Positions 21,475 to 32,887 of a stretch of 64,000 nucleotides of DNA are shown here, piece after piece. The stretch is from Chloroflexota bacterium (GTDB lineage Bacteria > Chloroflexota > Chloroflexia > QHBQ01). The stretch spans positions 1 to 64,000 of the forward strand of contig JAYUUN010000111.1 of NCBI GenBank assembly GCA_043754535.1, written 5' to 3'. Made by a program: the position numbers and the translations under genes. The notes under the pieces are model-generated. The model saw nothing but the letters and a program-made list of their open reading frames with translations, made no database searches and was not told the origin of the DNA. How positions within the stretch are numbered: position 1 is the first letter of the stretch; every line of letters begins with the position of its first letter.

Positions 21475-21822
21475 TAACTTCATCCTGCCGCGTAGCTCCT
21501 GCATCAGCCGTTCGAGCGGCACGTCGCAGGCGGCCAGCAACACTAGGGTGTGGTACCAGAGGTCGGCCACCTCCCAGGCGATCTCGTCGGGGTTGCCATT
21601 CTTGGCCGCGATGATCGTCTCCGCCGCCTCCTCACCCACCTTCTTGCCGATCTTGTCCACCCCATGCTCAAACAGGTAGCGAGTATAGCTACCCTCTGGC
21701 ATCTCTCGTTTGCGGCTCAAGATCGTGGCCCAGAGGTCAGCTATCGCCTGTACACTACCAGCATCCCCTTGTGGGGCAGGCTCAGGCTGGAGGTCGGTTG
21801 CGCCGTTCAACTTGTCACTCAT
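21475..21822 (-). CDS. hisE: Phosphoribosyl-ATP diphosphatase
   Basis: [30 protein letters not shown]; ends at TTA 21475-21477 (standard-code stop 21349). Confidence 0.93.
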
Positions 21823-22168
21823 TGCTTTCTTGGGCCGCCTTTGTGTAGAAGCAGCTAACCGCCCCAGTGTGGCAGGCTGGCCCAGCAGGGGTGACGAGCA
21901 GCAAGATGGTATCACCGTCGCAATCCAGGCGCAGTTCGCGCACTTGCAAGCGGTTGCCGCTGCTCGCGCCCTTGTGCCACAACTCGCAGCGGCTACGGCT
22001 CCAGAACCAGGCCTCACCACTGGTCAGGGTCAGGCGCAGAGCCTCAGCATTCATCCAGGCCACCATCAGCACTGTCCGCGTCGCCACATCCTGGCAGACT
22101 GCCGCCACCAGCCCTGCCGCGTCGTAGCGCACGGCAGCCAGAGCCGCCTCGTCTATCGTCTTTAGCAT
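21815..22168 (-). CDS. hisI: Phosphoribosyl-AMP cyclohydrolase
   Basis: [31 protein letters not shown]. Confidence 0.95.
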   Translation of the reverse strand: MLKTIDEAALAAVRYDAAGLVAAVCQDVATRTVLMVAWMNAEALRLTLTSGEAWFWSRSRCELWHKGASSGNRLQVRELRLDCDGDTILLLVTPAGPACHTGAVSCFYTKAAQESNE

Positions 22169-22199
22169 AGGCAGATTATACCACATCTCCTACCCAGTC

Positions 22200-22316
22200 C
22201 TTCCACCGCCTTTCCACCAGCTTTCCACCGCCCAGAGTCGTGGGGGCCTACGCACCCAGGCAGGAAAGCGGCTCAGGATGGCACGTAGGGGGCGAAAACG
22301 GTGGAAAAGTGGAAAG
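22200..22316. repeat. TTCCACC direct repeats and inverted GTGGAAA copies in the hisI/gyrB divergent region
   Basis: TTCCACC at 22201, 22212 and 22223; GGTGGAAAAGTGGAAAG at 22300-22316. Confidence 0.6.
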
Positions 22317-22326
22317 ATTGTTCTAA

Positions 22327-24396
<2,070 letters not shown>

Positions 24397-24411
24397 GCGG
24401 TACAAAGCAGA

Positions 24412-24450
24412 GCCAGCCCCTCCCCCATAGTTAGGGAGAGGGGCTTTCTG
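24412..24450. terminator. Hairpin between convergent gyrB and Ni/Co transporter
   Basis: AGCCCCTCCCC...GGGAGAGGGGCT followed by T tract. Confidence 0.55.
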
Positions 24451-24455
24451 TTGGC

Positions 24456-25508
24456 CTACATCTCTACCTTGACCGGCAGTTCGTCGTAACGTTTGACCTT
24501 GTAGGTGACGTAGCTGACCAGCCAGCCAGCCAAGAGGATGGCAATAATCGCATAGCCGATCACCTCGAAGTCCAGTGCGCCCAACCAGTCCCAGGCACCG
24601 CCACTGAGGTTCAGGCGGTCGGCCATGATACCCAGCACCTCGATACTGCCAACCACGAGGGCGACCGCTACGCTGATTGCGGTGATCGTGATGTTGTAGA
24701 ACAGCTTGCGGATCGGCTTGACGAAAGCCCAGCCGTAGGCACCCAACATCAGCACGCCGTCGGTGGTGTCCACCAGGGTCATGCCAGCAGTGAAAAGCAG
24801 AGGCAGCAGGAGAACATAGCCAATCGGCATCCCTGCACCCGCTGCGGTTGCTGAAATGCCGAGCAGGGCAACTTCGGAGGCGGTGTCGAAGCCGAGACCG
24901 AACAGGAAGCCGAGCGGGTACATCTTCCAACTCTTGTCAATCGCCCGCACCATTGGCCGAAAGAAGCGGTTCATCAGCCCACGGTTCGCCAGGAACTCGT
25001 CCAGCTTCTCCTCGCTGTAGACCCCCTCCCGCGTGACGCGGCGGAACATCTTGATCAGGTCGAGCAGCACCAGCAGGTTGATGATCCCGATGGCAAAGAG
25101 GAAGAAGGCAGAGACTGCTGGCCCGATCAGCCCGCCAACGCTCTTGAAGGTATCCTCGTTCTGCTGGAAGGCCCGTGCTGCGAAGGCAAGCAGCAGACTG
25201 GCGAGGATGACCACCGAACTGTGGCCCAGCGAGAAGAACAGGCCGGTGGCGACGGGTCGCTTCCCCTCCTGCATCAGCTTGCGCGTTACGTTGTCAATCG
25301 CGGCGATGTGGTCGGCATCCACGGCATGGCGCAGGCCGAGGGTGTAGGCAAGGAAGCCGGTCGCCAGCAAGGTCGAAAACTGGCTAGCTGCAAATAGAGT
25401 GATCAGCCAAATCACGATGTTGAAGCCGACCAGCAGGGTGTAAATGCTGATCACCTTCGCCCGCACTTCGGGCGATTCGTCATTAAACACTTGCTTGAAT
25501 ACGTTCAT
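24456..25508 (-). CDS. HoxN/HupN/NixA family nickel/cobalt transporter
   Basis: GLRHAVDADHIAAIDNVTR, FFSLGHSSVV, GFLFGLGFDTASE. Confidence 0.93.
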   Translation of the reverse strand: MNVFKQVFNDESPEVRAKVISIYTLLVGFNIVIWLITLFAASQFSTLLATGFLAYTLGLRHAVDADHIAAIDNVTRKLMQEGKRPVATGLFFSLGHSSVVILASLLLAFAARAFQQNEDTFKSVGGLIGPAVSAFFLFAIGIINLLVLLDLIKMFRRVTREGVYSEEKLDEFLANRGLMNRFFRPMVRAIDKSWKMYPLGFLFGLGFDTASEVALLGISATAAGAGMPIGYVLLLPLLFTAGMTLVDTTDGVLMLGAYGWAFVKPIRKLFYNITITAISVAVALVVGSIEVLGIMADRLNLSGGAWDWLGALDFEVIGYAIIAILLAGWLVSYVTYKVKRYDELPVKVEM

Positions 25509-25595
25509 TTGCCCCCCTGTAACTGTGGTAAGCATGGCAGGCATCTTGCCTGCTACTCTGCGGCTGTATTATAGCATAAGAGGAGGAGCAACCAT

Positions 25596-25805
25596 ATGGA
25601 TCGCGTACCCCTAAAGTCGGATCGTTTCAAAACCATCGCCTACGATATCCCCAACCACCTGCTAGAGGTCGTCTATGCCGACGGCAGCGTGCGTCAGTAC
25701 AAGAAGATTGAGCAGGAAGTTTATGAGCGGCTGCTGCACGCCGAACCGCCAGAAAGCTGCTTCGACGAGAAGATCGCAGGGCAGTACGAGGAGGAAGCAG
25801 GGTAG
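25596..25805 (+). CDS. KTSC domain protein
   Basis: MDRVPLKSDRFKTIAYD...LEVVYADGSVRQY; GAGGAG RBS. Confidence 0.8.
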   Translation: MDRVPLKSDRFKTIAYDIPNHLLEVVYADGSVRQYKKIEQEVYERLLHAEPPESCFDEKIAGQYEEEAG

Positions 25806-25900
25806 AGCCTTGTGTTTGCTGAACGGATGTGCTACAATCGGCCTGGACTAAACAACCAGGGCGCGGCTGGGACTGCGCCTTCTCTACACAAAGGAGAGGC

Positions 25901-26740
25901 ATGATGGATAACTCGATGGTAGCAACTACTTTCGCCGAGGTGAACGGCGCACAACTCGCCTACGAGGTCGCGGGCGATGGCTTTCCACTGGTGCTGATCC
26001 ACTCGGTGATCGCCGACATGACGATGTGGCAGCCGCAGTGGGCCGCCCTCAGCCAGCATTACCGCACGATCCGCTACGATCTGCGCGGCTTCGGGCAGTC
26101 GCTGCTCGTCCCAGAGCATACTTTTCGCCATACCGACGACCTTGCGGCCCTGCTTGACTACCTTGGTGTGGAGCGGGCGCACGTGATGGGTTGTTCGGGC
26201 GGTGGCAGTATTGCGCTCGACTTCACCCTCGTCTACCCACAGCTGGTCGCCAGCCTGATCTCCGAAGCAGGTGGCGTGGAAGGCGCGGATGTCGCCTGGG
26301 AGCAACCCCCTCAGTGGGACGCACTCGTTACTGCCTCCGAAGCGGGTGACCTTGAAGCTGCCGCCGAATTGAACGTACAGATTTGGGTGGATGGGGTTGG
26401 CCGCAGCCCGCAGGATGTTGACCCCGCTATCCGCAACCTGATCCGCGCTGCCGATGTGATCGCCCTCAAGAACGAAGCCGCCCGCAGCAAGTTGCAGATC
26501 GACCCTGAACCCGCCGCTGAACGGCTGACCGAAGTTACCGTTCCCACCCTCTATATTTATGGCGACTACGATCAGCTTGAAGTTGCCTCTACCGCTGACT
26601 ATGTGGCAAACAACGTACGGGGCGCACGCAAGCATCTCATCCCCGATACGGCGCACTTCCCCAACCTGGAGCAGCCAGACGAGTTCAACCGCGTCGTGCT
26701 TGAGTTCCTTCGGGATGTGGAGGAGAAACCACGCGCCTGA
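25901..26740 (+). CDS. Alpha/beta fold hydrolase
   Basis: YDLRGFGQS, GCSGGG nucleophile elbow, AHFPNLEQP. Confidence 0.9.
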   Translation: MMDNSMVATTFAEVNGAQLAYEVAGDGFPLVLIHSVIADMTMWQPQWAALSQHYRTIRYDLRGFGQSLLVPEHTFRHTDDLAALLDYLGVERAHVMGCSGGGSIALDFTLVYPQLVASLISEAGGVEGADVAWEQPPQWDALVTASEAGDLEAAAELNVQIWVDGVGRSPQDVDPAIRNLIRAADVIALKNEAARSKLQIDPEPAAERLTEVTVPTLYIYGDYDQLEVASTADYVANNVRGARKHLIPDTAHFPNLEQPDEFNRVVLEFLRDVEEKPRA

Positions 26741-26770
26741 GCCAACTGCTCCGTTCAGCCGCCTGCCAAC

Positions 26771-26800
26771 TTGACTCTGCCCCACGCCAGGTGCTATACT
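26771..26800 (+). promoter_or_regulatory. sigma70 promoter of tdh-kbl
   Basis: TTGACT-18 nt-(TG.)TATACT, followed by hairpin GGCGAACCT...AGGTTCGCC. Confidence 0.65.
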
Positions 26801-26873
26801 GGTTGGCGAACCTGCCACAACCGAGGTTCGCCTGCACCTGATGCACTCAACGAGGAGGGCATTTTTGCCAGCT

Positions 26874-27995
26874 ATGACTACTACTGAAGCCTCAACCAGC
26901 AGTCCCACTGCTACCCTGCTGACCCCCCGCCAAACCCACCTGCACCCCCAGCCCACCCGCACCATGCTGGCAGTGGTCAAGATCGCCACCGCCGCTGGCG
27001 CAGAGTTGCGCGAGATGCCGGTGCCAGTGCCGCAGCCGAACGAGGTGTTGATCAAGGTGCGGGCCACCTCAATTTGCGGCACCGACCTGCACATCTACAA
27101 CTGGGATGGCTGGGCGCAGGGGCGCATCAGCCACACGCCGCAGATCATGGGCCACGAGTTCTGTGGCGACATTGTAGCCGTGGGCGCGGATGTCCAAGAA
27201 CTGCAAGTGGGCGACTTCGTTTCGGTGGAGACGCACATCACCTGCGGCCACTGCTACCAGTGTCGCACCGGCCTGGCCCACATCTGCCAGAACGTGCAGA
27301 TCGTCGGTGTAGACCGTGATGGCTGCTTCGCCGAGTACATCACCGTCCCGGCTAGCGTCGCCTGGAAGAATGACCCGGCCATGCCGCTCGATCTCGCCAG
27401 CATCATGGAGCCGTTCGGCAATGCCGTACACACCACCTTCGCCCAGCCAGTCAGTGGCGAGTACGTAGCGGTCGTCGGTTGCGGGCCGCTCGGCTTGTGG
27501 GCGATAGGGATTGCTAAGGCAGCAGGTGCGGCGGGCGTAGCCGCAATCGATGTCAACCCCTTCCGCCTCAATATCGCCCGCCAGATGGGGGCTGACCTGG
27601 TGATCAACTCGCTAGAGCGCGATCCGGTTGCTGCTGTACAGGAGGCGAGCGGTGGCGTGGGTGCAGGTGTGGTATTGGAGATGAGCGGCAACCCGGCGGC
27701 CACCCGCCAGGCCTTTGCCATGTTGCGCTACGGCGGCAACCTCTCTATGCTTGGCACGCCGACCAGGCCGTTCGAGCTAGACTTTGCTGAGGCGATCATC
27801 TTCAAGGGGGCGCACGTGCATGGCATTACCGGGCGCAAGATATGGGGGACCTGGTTCCAGAGCCGCGCCCTCTTGCAGAACGGCCTGGTTGACCCGCGCC
27901 CAGTGATCACCCACCACTTGCCACTAGCCCGCTTCGCCGAGGCCTTCGAGTTGATGAACGAAGGCAAGGCAGCCAAGATCGTGATGACCCCTTTA
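26874..27995 (+). CDS. tdh: L-threonine 3-dehydrogenase
   Basis: ICGTDLHIY, GHEF, CGHCYQC..C, EPFGNAVH, GITGRK; ends at TTA 27993-27995 (standard-code stop 28055). Confidence 0.93.
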
Positions 27996-28023
27996 GCAGC
28001 CAGCAACAGGTACGAAGGAGACA

Positions 28024-29229
28024 GTGATGGACACTTTGCAGCGGATTGGTACTGACGTGTTGCGCGGCCACTTGCGCGAACAGCTTGACGGCTTGAAGCA
28101 GAAGCACCTCTACCGCGAACTGTTCGTGCTGGACAGCCAGCAGCAGCCGCGCAGCGTGATCAACGGCAAGCCGGTGATCAACCTCTCATCTAACAACTAT
28201 CTTGGCCTCGCCACCCACCCGCGGCTCAAGGCTGCGGCGTTGCAGGCGATTGAGCAGTATGGAGTGGGCAGCGGCGCAGTTCGCACTATCATTGGCACGA
28301 TGGATATGCACCAGCAGTTTGAGCAGGAGCTTGCCGCCTTCAAGCATACCGAGGCCGCCCTCACCTTTCAGTCTGGCTTCACCGCGAACCAGGCAGCGAT
28401 TGGCGCGGTCATGGCCGAGGGCGACGTGATCATCACCGACGAACTGAACCACGCCAGTATCATTGACGGGGTGCGCCTGGTCAAGTCGAGCCGCAAAATC
28501 TACAAGCATAGCGATATGGACTCGCTGGAACAGGCTCTCAAGGAGTGCGACAGCTTCCGCCTGAAGATGATCATCACCGATGGGGTGTTCAGCATGGACG
28601 GCGATATCGCCCACCTGCCAGAGATCGTCGAACTGGCCGAGCGTTACGGCGCGTTCGTCTACGTGGATGATGCTCACGCCAGTGGTGTCCTCGGCGACCA
28701 CGGAGCGGGGACAACCAGCCACTTTGGTCTCTACGGGCGGGTTGCCATGCAAATCGGTACCCTGAGCAAGGCAGTCGGCGTGCTGGGCGGCTACGTGGCG
28801 GGGATGCAAGAGTTGCGCGACATCATGATCCAGCGCGCCCGCCCCTTCCTGTTCAGCACCTCACACCCGCCTGCGGTTGTTGCCGCCTGCCGCGAGGCGA
28901 TCAAGCTGATGCTGGAGTCGAACGATCTGCACGAGAAGTTGTGGAGTAACACCCACTACTTCAAGGGGAAGCTGCAAGCGTTGGGCTTCGATACGGGCCG
29001 CAGCGAGACCCCGATCACTCCGGTGATCGTCGGCCCCAGCGCAATGGCCCAGAAACTGAGTGACCGCCTGTTCGCCGAGGGGGTGTTCGCCCAGGCTATC
29101 GTCTTCCCCACCGTCGCCGCCGACAAAGCCCGTGTCCGCACAATCATCACCGCCACCCACACCCAGCAGGACATGGACGAGGCCCTGACCACCTTCGAGC
29201 GGGTGGGCCACGAGTTGGGTATCATCTAG
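28024..29229 (+). CDS. kbl: Glycine C-acetyltransferase (2-amino-3-ketobutyrate CoA ligase)
   Basis: [31 protein letters not shown] lysine; adjacent to tdh. Confidence 0.9.
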   Translation: MMDTLQRIGTDVLRGHLREQLDGLKQKHLYRELFVLDSQQQPRSVINGKPVINLSSNNYLGLATHPRLKAAALQAIEQYGVGSGAVRTIIGTMDMHQQFEQELAAFKHTEAALTFQSGFTANQAAIGAVMAEGDVIITDELNHASIIDGVRLVKSSRKIYKHSDMDSLEQALKECDSFRLKMIITDGVFSMDGDIAHLPEIVELAERYGAFVYVDDAHASGVLGDHGAGTTSHFGLYGRVAMQIGTLSKAVGVLGGYVAGMQELRDIMIQRARPFLFSTSHPPAVVAACREAIKLMLESNDLHEKLWSNTHYFKGKLQALGFDTGRSETPITPVIVGPSAMAQKLSDRLFAEGVFAQAIVFPTVAADKARVRTIITATHTQQDMDEALTTFERVGHELGII

Positions 29230-29249
29230 CAGCACACAGCAGGTAGGTT

Positions 29250-29283
29250 GAGGGGCGCATCCGATGCTGGGTGCGCCCCTTTC
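29250..29283 (+). terminator. Intrinsic terminator after kbl
   Basis: AGGGGCGCATCC...GGGTGCGCCCCT followed by TT. Confidence 0.75.
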
Positions 29284-29333
29284 GACTTGTCGCCGAAAGC
29301 TGAAAGTTGCCCAAAGCTGGCTGTTGTAACGGC

Positions 29334-29362
29334 TTGACAGAGCATCTGAGATCGGTTATACT
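29334..29362 (+). promoter_or_regulatory. Consensus sigma70 promoter
   Basis: TTGACA-17 nt-TATACT, followed by hairpin TGACAGGA-AGAA-TCCTGTCA. Confidence 0.75.
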
Positions 29363-29449
29363 GTAGGTGACAGGAAGAATCCTGTCAGCAAACATATTTG
29401 ATGTTATATGTAACTAATAAACGTGTAATTAGATAAAGGAGTTTCCATC

Positions 29450-29590
29450 ATGGTAATCAGTGAAATTTGTGCTTGGATTCAAGTGGTTGTTTATATTTAC
29501 ATGGCAATAATATTGCTTAAGAGGCTTACAGAGCAGGAAATCAAACATATCAAACATATGAAGAGAACAATTCAAAGCTTGAAAGACTGA
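29450..29590 (+). CDS. 46-aa single-TM small protein (not in ORF track)
   Basis: AAAGGAG RBS; MVISEICAWIQVVVYIYMAIILLKRLTEQEIKHIKHMKRTIQSLKD; own promoter and terminator. Confidence 0.65.
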   Translation: MVISEICAWIQVVVYIYMAIILLKRLTEQEIKHIKHMKRTIQSLKD

Positions 29591-29607
29591 TAAGGGCGAG
29601 ACAGGAG

Positions 29608-29633
29608 GAGCCTCAAAAGCTCCTCTTTTTGTT
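29608..29633 (+). terminator. Intrinsic terminator after small protein
   Basis: AGGAGC-CTCAAAA-GCTCCT-CTTTTT. Confidence 0.6.
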
Positions 29634-30013
29634 GCCTCAACTTTTTGGTTTCCACTACCCCGCTCATTCAGATACCAATATGCCCATTCTATCATCATCT
29701 CCTCACAGGTCAGGTTAGCAATCAATGGTGCTGAACGAGGGGGGTAGATGATTGGCATCGCATCATAGGCTTCATCAAAAGCGTTGCTCACTGGATCAGT
29801 CACGTCGTATCCTGCTGTTTGTGGATAAACGCCAGCATCTCGCCGTTCAACAACTGGCGGCCAGACTCGTCAAGCTCAACGTCAGCGACAAGAACTCAGG
29901 AATGATCAATCACCCCACTACCTCAGCCTCGCTCATCAGCGGCTGCTCAGCGGCAATCAAGCGGCAGACCTGCGCGACAATGCGCCTGCGCTGGACGGCG
30001 GCAGGTGGGGTTG

Positions 30014-32302
30014 TTAGCGTGCTGACCATACGCCCCTGTGCAGCAGGCCGATGATCTCCAACAACGCCGCCACGCTCCAGGCCTGGGCGAAGCAGCCCTT
30101 CGGTGCGTGTGGCGCGTCCCCGTCGTAAATCTCTGCGACGGAGCCGAGGCCGAAGTCGCGCACAGCGTGGGCGAAGGGGGTGAGAACAGCGTGCAGGCTC
30201 GCCACCTTCCCCAGGCGATAGGCAGCGTGGGCGTAGCCGATCAGCGGCCACGGCCAGACGGTACCCTGGTGGTAAGCACCATCGCGCTGCTCTCGTCCAC
30301 CAGTGTAGATACCAACGTAGGCCGGGTCGCTGGGGGCGAGGGTTCGCAGGCCGTAGGGGGTTAGTAGCTGCGCGTCGGTCGCCTTCAGCACGGCGGCCAC
30401 CTGCGCGTCAGTCAGCAGGTCGGGTTCGAGACCGCAGGCAAACAGCATATTGGGGCGCAGGCTTGCGTCGTCGCCCGCTGGCCCATCAATCACGTCGTAG
30501 AGGTAGCTACCCTCGGCGTACCAATAGCGGGCGCGGAAGCTCGCCGCCGCCTGATCTGCCATCGCCTGGTAGTCAAGGTCGCCACCTACACCCATGCCCA
30601 CCGCCCGATAGCGGGCCATGATGCTGAGGGCGTGGTGCCAGAGGGCGTTAATCTCCACCGGCTTGCCAATGCGCGGCGTAACCACCCAGTCGCCCGCCTT
30701 TGCATCCATCCAGGTTAGCTGCACCCCTTCTTCGCCCGCGTAGAGCAGGCCGTCTCGCGCATCAACCTTGATCTTGTAGCGCGTCCCTTGCACGTGCCAG
30801 CGCACGATCTCGGCCAGGGTAGGATAGAGTTCGCGGGCCAACACGTCGCTACCGCTGCGTTGGCGGTGCTGCTCGATAGCGTGGAAGTACCAGAGGGTCG
30901 CGTCAACCGTGTTATACTCTGGGGTCTGGTCTGCGTCAGGGAAGAAGTTAGGCAACATCCCCTGGTCAACGTGGCGGGCGAAGGTGCGTAGGATGCTAGC
31001 CGCCTCAGCCAGCCTGCCCGTCTCCAGGCAGAGGCCTGGCAGGGCGATCATCGTGTCGCGCCCCCAGTCGGTAAACCAGGGGTAGCCTGCGATCACCGTC
31101 ACACCGCTATCCTGCTGCTCCGCCCCCTCCACGCTCACGGTAGGATGGATAGAAGCTGAGCGGCGGGCGACGATAAACTGATCGGCGGCTTCGATCAACT
31201 CTGTCCGCAGGCGGCCCACGCCGTCCTCGTCCAACGGCTGCTGGATTGGCGGCAACTGCTCAAAACCTGCGACCAGATTGGGGATGGGGAAGCGGTGCTG
31301 GCGGGGAGCGGCAGCGGTGGCGAAGCGTTCTGCCCCGCGCACATCCAACTCCACCTCACCTAGCTTCTCATCTGGCACGCTGTGCGCCTCGTCCAGAGCG
31401 GCGGCTACATCCTCGCTCGGCTGCCGCGCCTCTACGTCGTCTGGTAGCAGCATCCTGGCCTGGACTAGCAACTGCATTGGGCGGCTCTGCGCTGCCGCCA
31501 ATTGGCCCGCCCCGTCGAACGGTATGTTGGCTGGGGCTTCGCTGCTAACCACCAGCGTCACGCTCTCCCCCGGCTTGAGGCTGAGGCGGATGGTGCAGGG
31601 GGCATAGAGGTCTTCCTTGTAGTCCAACCCACGCTCCTGCTCGGCCCGGTAGACGAAGTTCCAGTACCACACGCCGACGGGTAGCACCTCGGCCTGGCGG
31701 TCGAGCAGGAGGTAGTAGGGGACTGCCTCTGGGTAAGCTCGCAACTGACCACCGCTAACTGCCCCAGCCCGTAGCTCTGGCGGCAGGCTGGCGAGGGGCG
31801 TAAAGAGGAAGTGCCACTCGTTTGCGCCAGTAGTCAGCTTGTGGTAGTCGCGGAAGTTGGCAAGTGGGCGCAGGGTGAGAGTGATCGGCGCGTCGGCAGC
31901 GGCGAGGGTGTAGCGCAGGTAAGTAGTATTCTGCCCCCGGGCCATCCAGATGCGCTTCTCCAGGCGGATGCCTGCCATCTTGTAGCTGAAGCTAGCCACC
32001 CCGCGATCCAGGGTGAACTCGTCCAGATGAACAAAGCCAGTAGGCAGCGTCCTACCAGGGTACTCGTTGGTGCCAAGATAGTAGGTACTACCGTCACTAA
32101 CCAGTTCTTCGTCCACCTTCGCCAGCATAACTAGGCGATCTACTGGCGGGCGCAGCGCGGCGCAGAGCAGGGCGTGATAGCGGCGGGTGTTGGCTCCGGT
32201 GATCGTGCCGCTGGCAAAGCCGCCGATGCCGTTCGTCACCAGCCACTCGCGCTTGATCGCCTGCTCAAAGTCGGCGGTCGTCTCCCGTCCAATCCTGATC
32301 AT
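30014..32302 (-). CDS. Amylo-alpha-1,6-glucosidase (archaeal-type glycogen debranching enzyme)
   Basis: REWLVTNGIGGFAS, IAGYPWFTDWGRDT, YHQGTVWPW, AQAWSVA. Confidence 0.92.
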   Translation of the reverse strand: MIRIGRETTADFEQAIKREWLVTNGIGGFASGTITGANTRRYHALLCAALRPPVDRLVMLAKVDEELVSDGSTYYLGTNEYPGRTLPTGFVHLDEFTLDRGVASFSYKMAGIRLEKRIWMARGQNTTYLRYTLAAADAPITLTLRPLANFRDYHKLTTGANEWHFLFTPLASLPPELRAGAVSGGQLRAYPEAVPYYLLLDRQAEVLPVGVWYWNFVYRAEQERGLDYKEDLYAPCTIRLSLKPGESVTLVVSSEAPANIPFDGAGQLAAAQSRPMQLLVQARMLLPDDVEARQPSEDVAAALDEAHSVPDEKLGEVELDVRGAERFATAAAPRQHRFPIPNLVAGFEQLPPIQQPLDEDGVGRLRTELIEAADQFIVARRSASIHPTVSVEGAEQQDSGVTVIAGYPWFTDWGRDTMIALPGLCLETGRLAEAASILRTFARHVDQGMLPNFFPDADQTPEYNTVDATLWYFHAIEQHRQRSGSDVLARELYPTLAEIVRWHVQGTRYKIKVDARDGLLYAGEEGVQLTWMDAKAGDWVVTPRIGKPVEINALWHHALSIMARYRAVGMGVGGDLDYQAMADQAAASFRARYWYAEGSYLYDVIDGPAGDDASLRPNMLFACGLEPDLLTDAQVAAVLKATDAQLLTPYGLRTLAPSDPAYVGIYTGGREQRDGAYHQGTVWPWPLIGYAHAAYRLGKVASLHAVLTPFAHAVRDFGLGSVAEIYDGDAPHAPKGCFAQAWSVAALLEIIGLLHRGVWSAR

Positions 32303-32409
32303 GGTGGTACCCTCCTCCTCACAGTACAATGCAGAAGCCGCAAACACATTGCTTGCGGCTGGTTCATCCTATCATGAGCAAAAGGTGCGCCACGCCCCTC
32401 TTTGTTAGC

Positions 32410-32763
32410 TAACTTGGAGGAACTGGCCTTCAGCACGTTCCCCTGCTCGTCGATCACGACGCGGGCTATCTTGTGCAGGTCTGCACCACTGGCCGTTCGC
32501 ACGCTCTTGCGCCAGGTAACGGTGTAGTGGTCGCTGATTGCACTGGCTGCCGTGCTGTAGCTGCTAGCCCGCTCGCGCACTGCCGCCTTGTAATCCTCGG
32601 CGTGGCCGTTTAGCTTGGTGAGCAGGGCAGGGCTAGGGGCCTGCGGCTGGTAGGCTGTGACGCGCCGCTCTGCGTCGGCCATCTCCGGCCAGTGGTCAGT
32701 GGCATAACCCTGTACGCGCTCCAAAATCTCGGCGGGGAGGTTGAGGTTACGGTCATCAAACAT
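32410..32763 (-). CDS. Hypothetical protein
   Basis: Coding-like ORF ending ...VLKASSSK at TTA 32410-32412, followed by a hairpin (standard-code stop 32299). Confidence 0.65.
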
Positions 32764-32887
32764 GGTACTGCCTGCTTTCAAATACTAGCAAAGACCCGAT
32801 TCGCTTATCAACATCATAACCCAAAAGATGGGCCATTGTCAATAGGTTAGCGCAGATTTCGCGCTGCTAGCAGCTATAAGGGCGCGG

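Noticed and set aside
29820..29828. Perfect DnaA box (TTATCCACA on the minus strand) near an AT-rich stretch, as a possible oriC
   Set aside because: Single box with no dnaA/dnaN nearby; the AT-rich stretch is explained by a small gene
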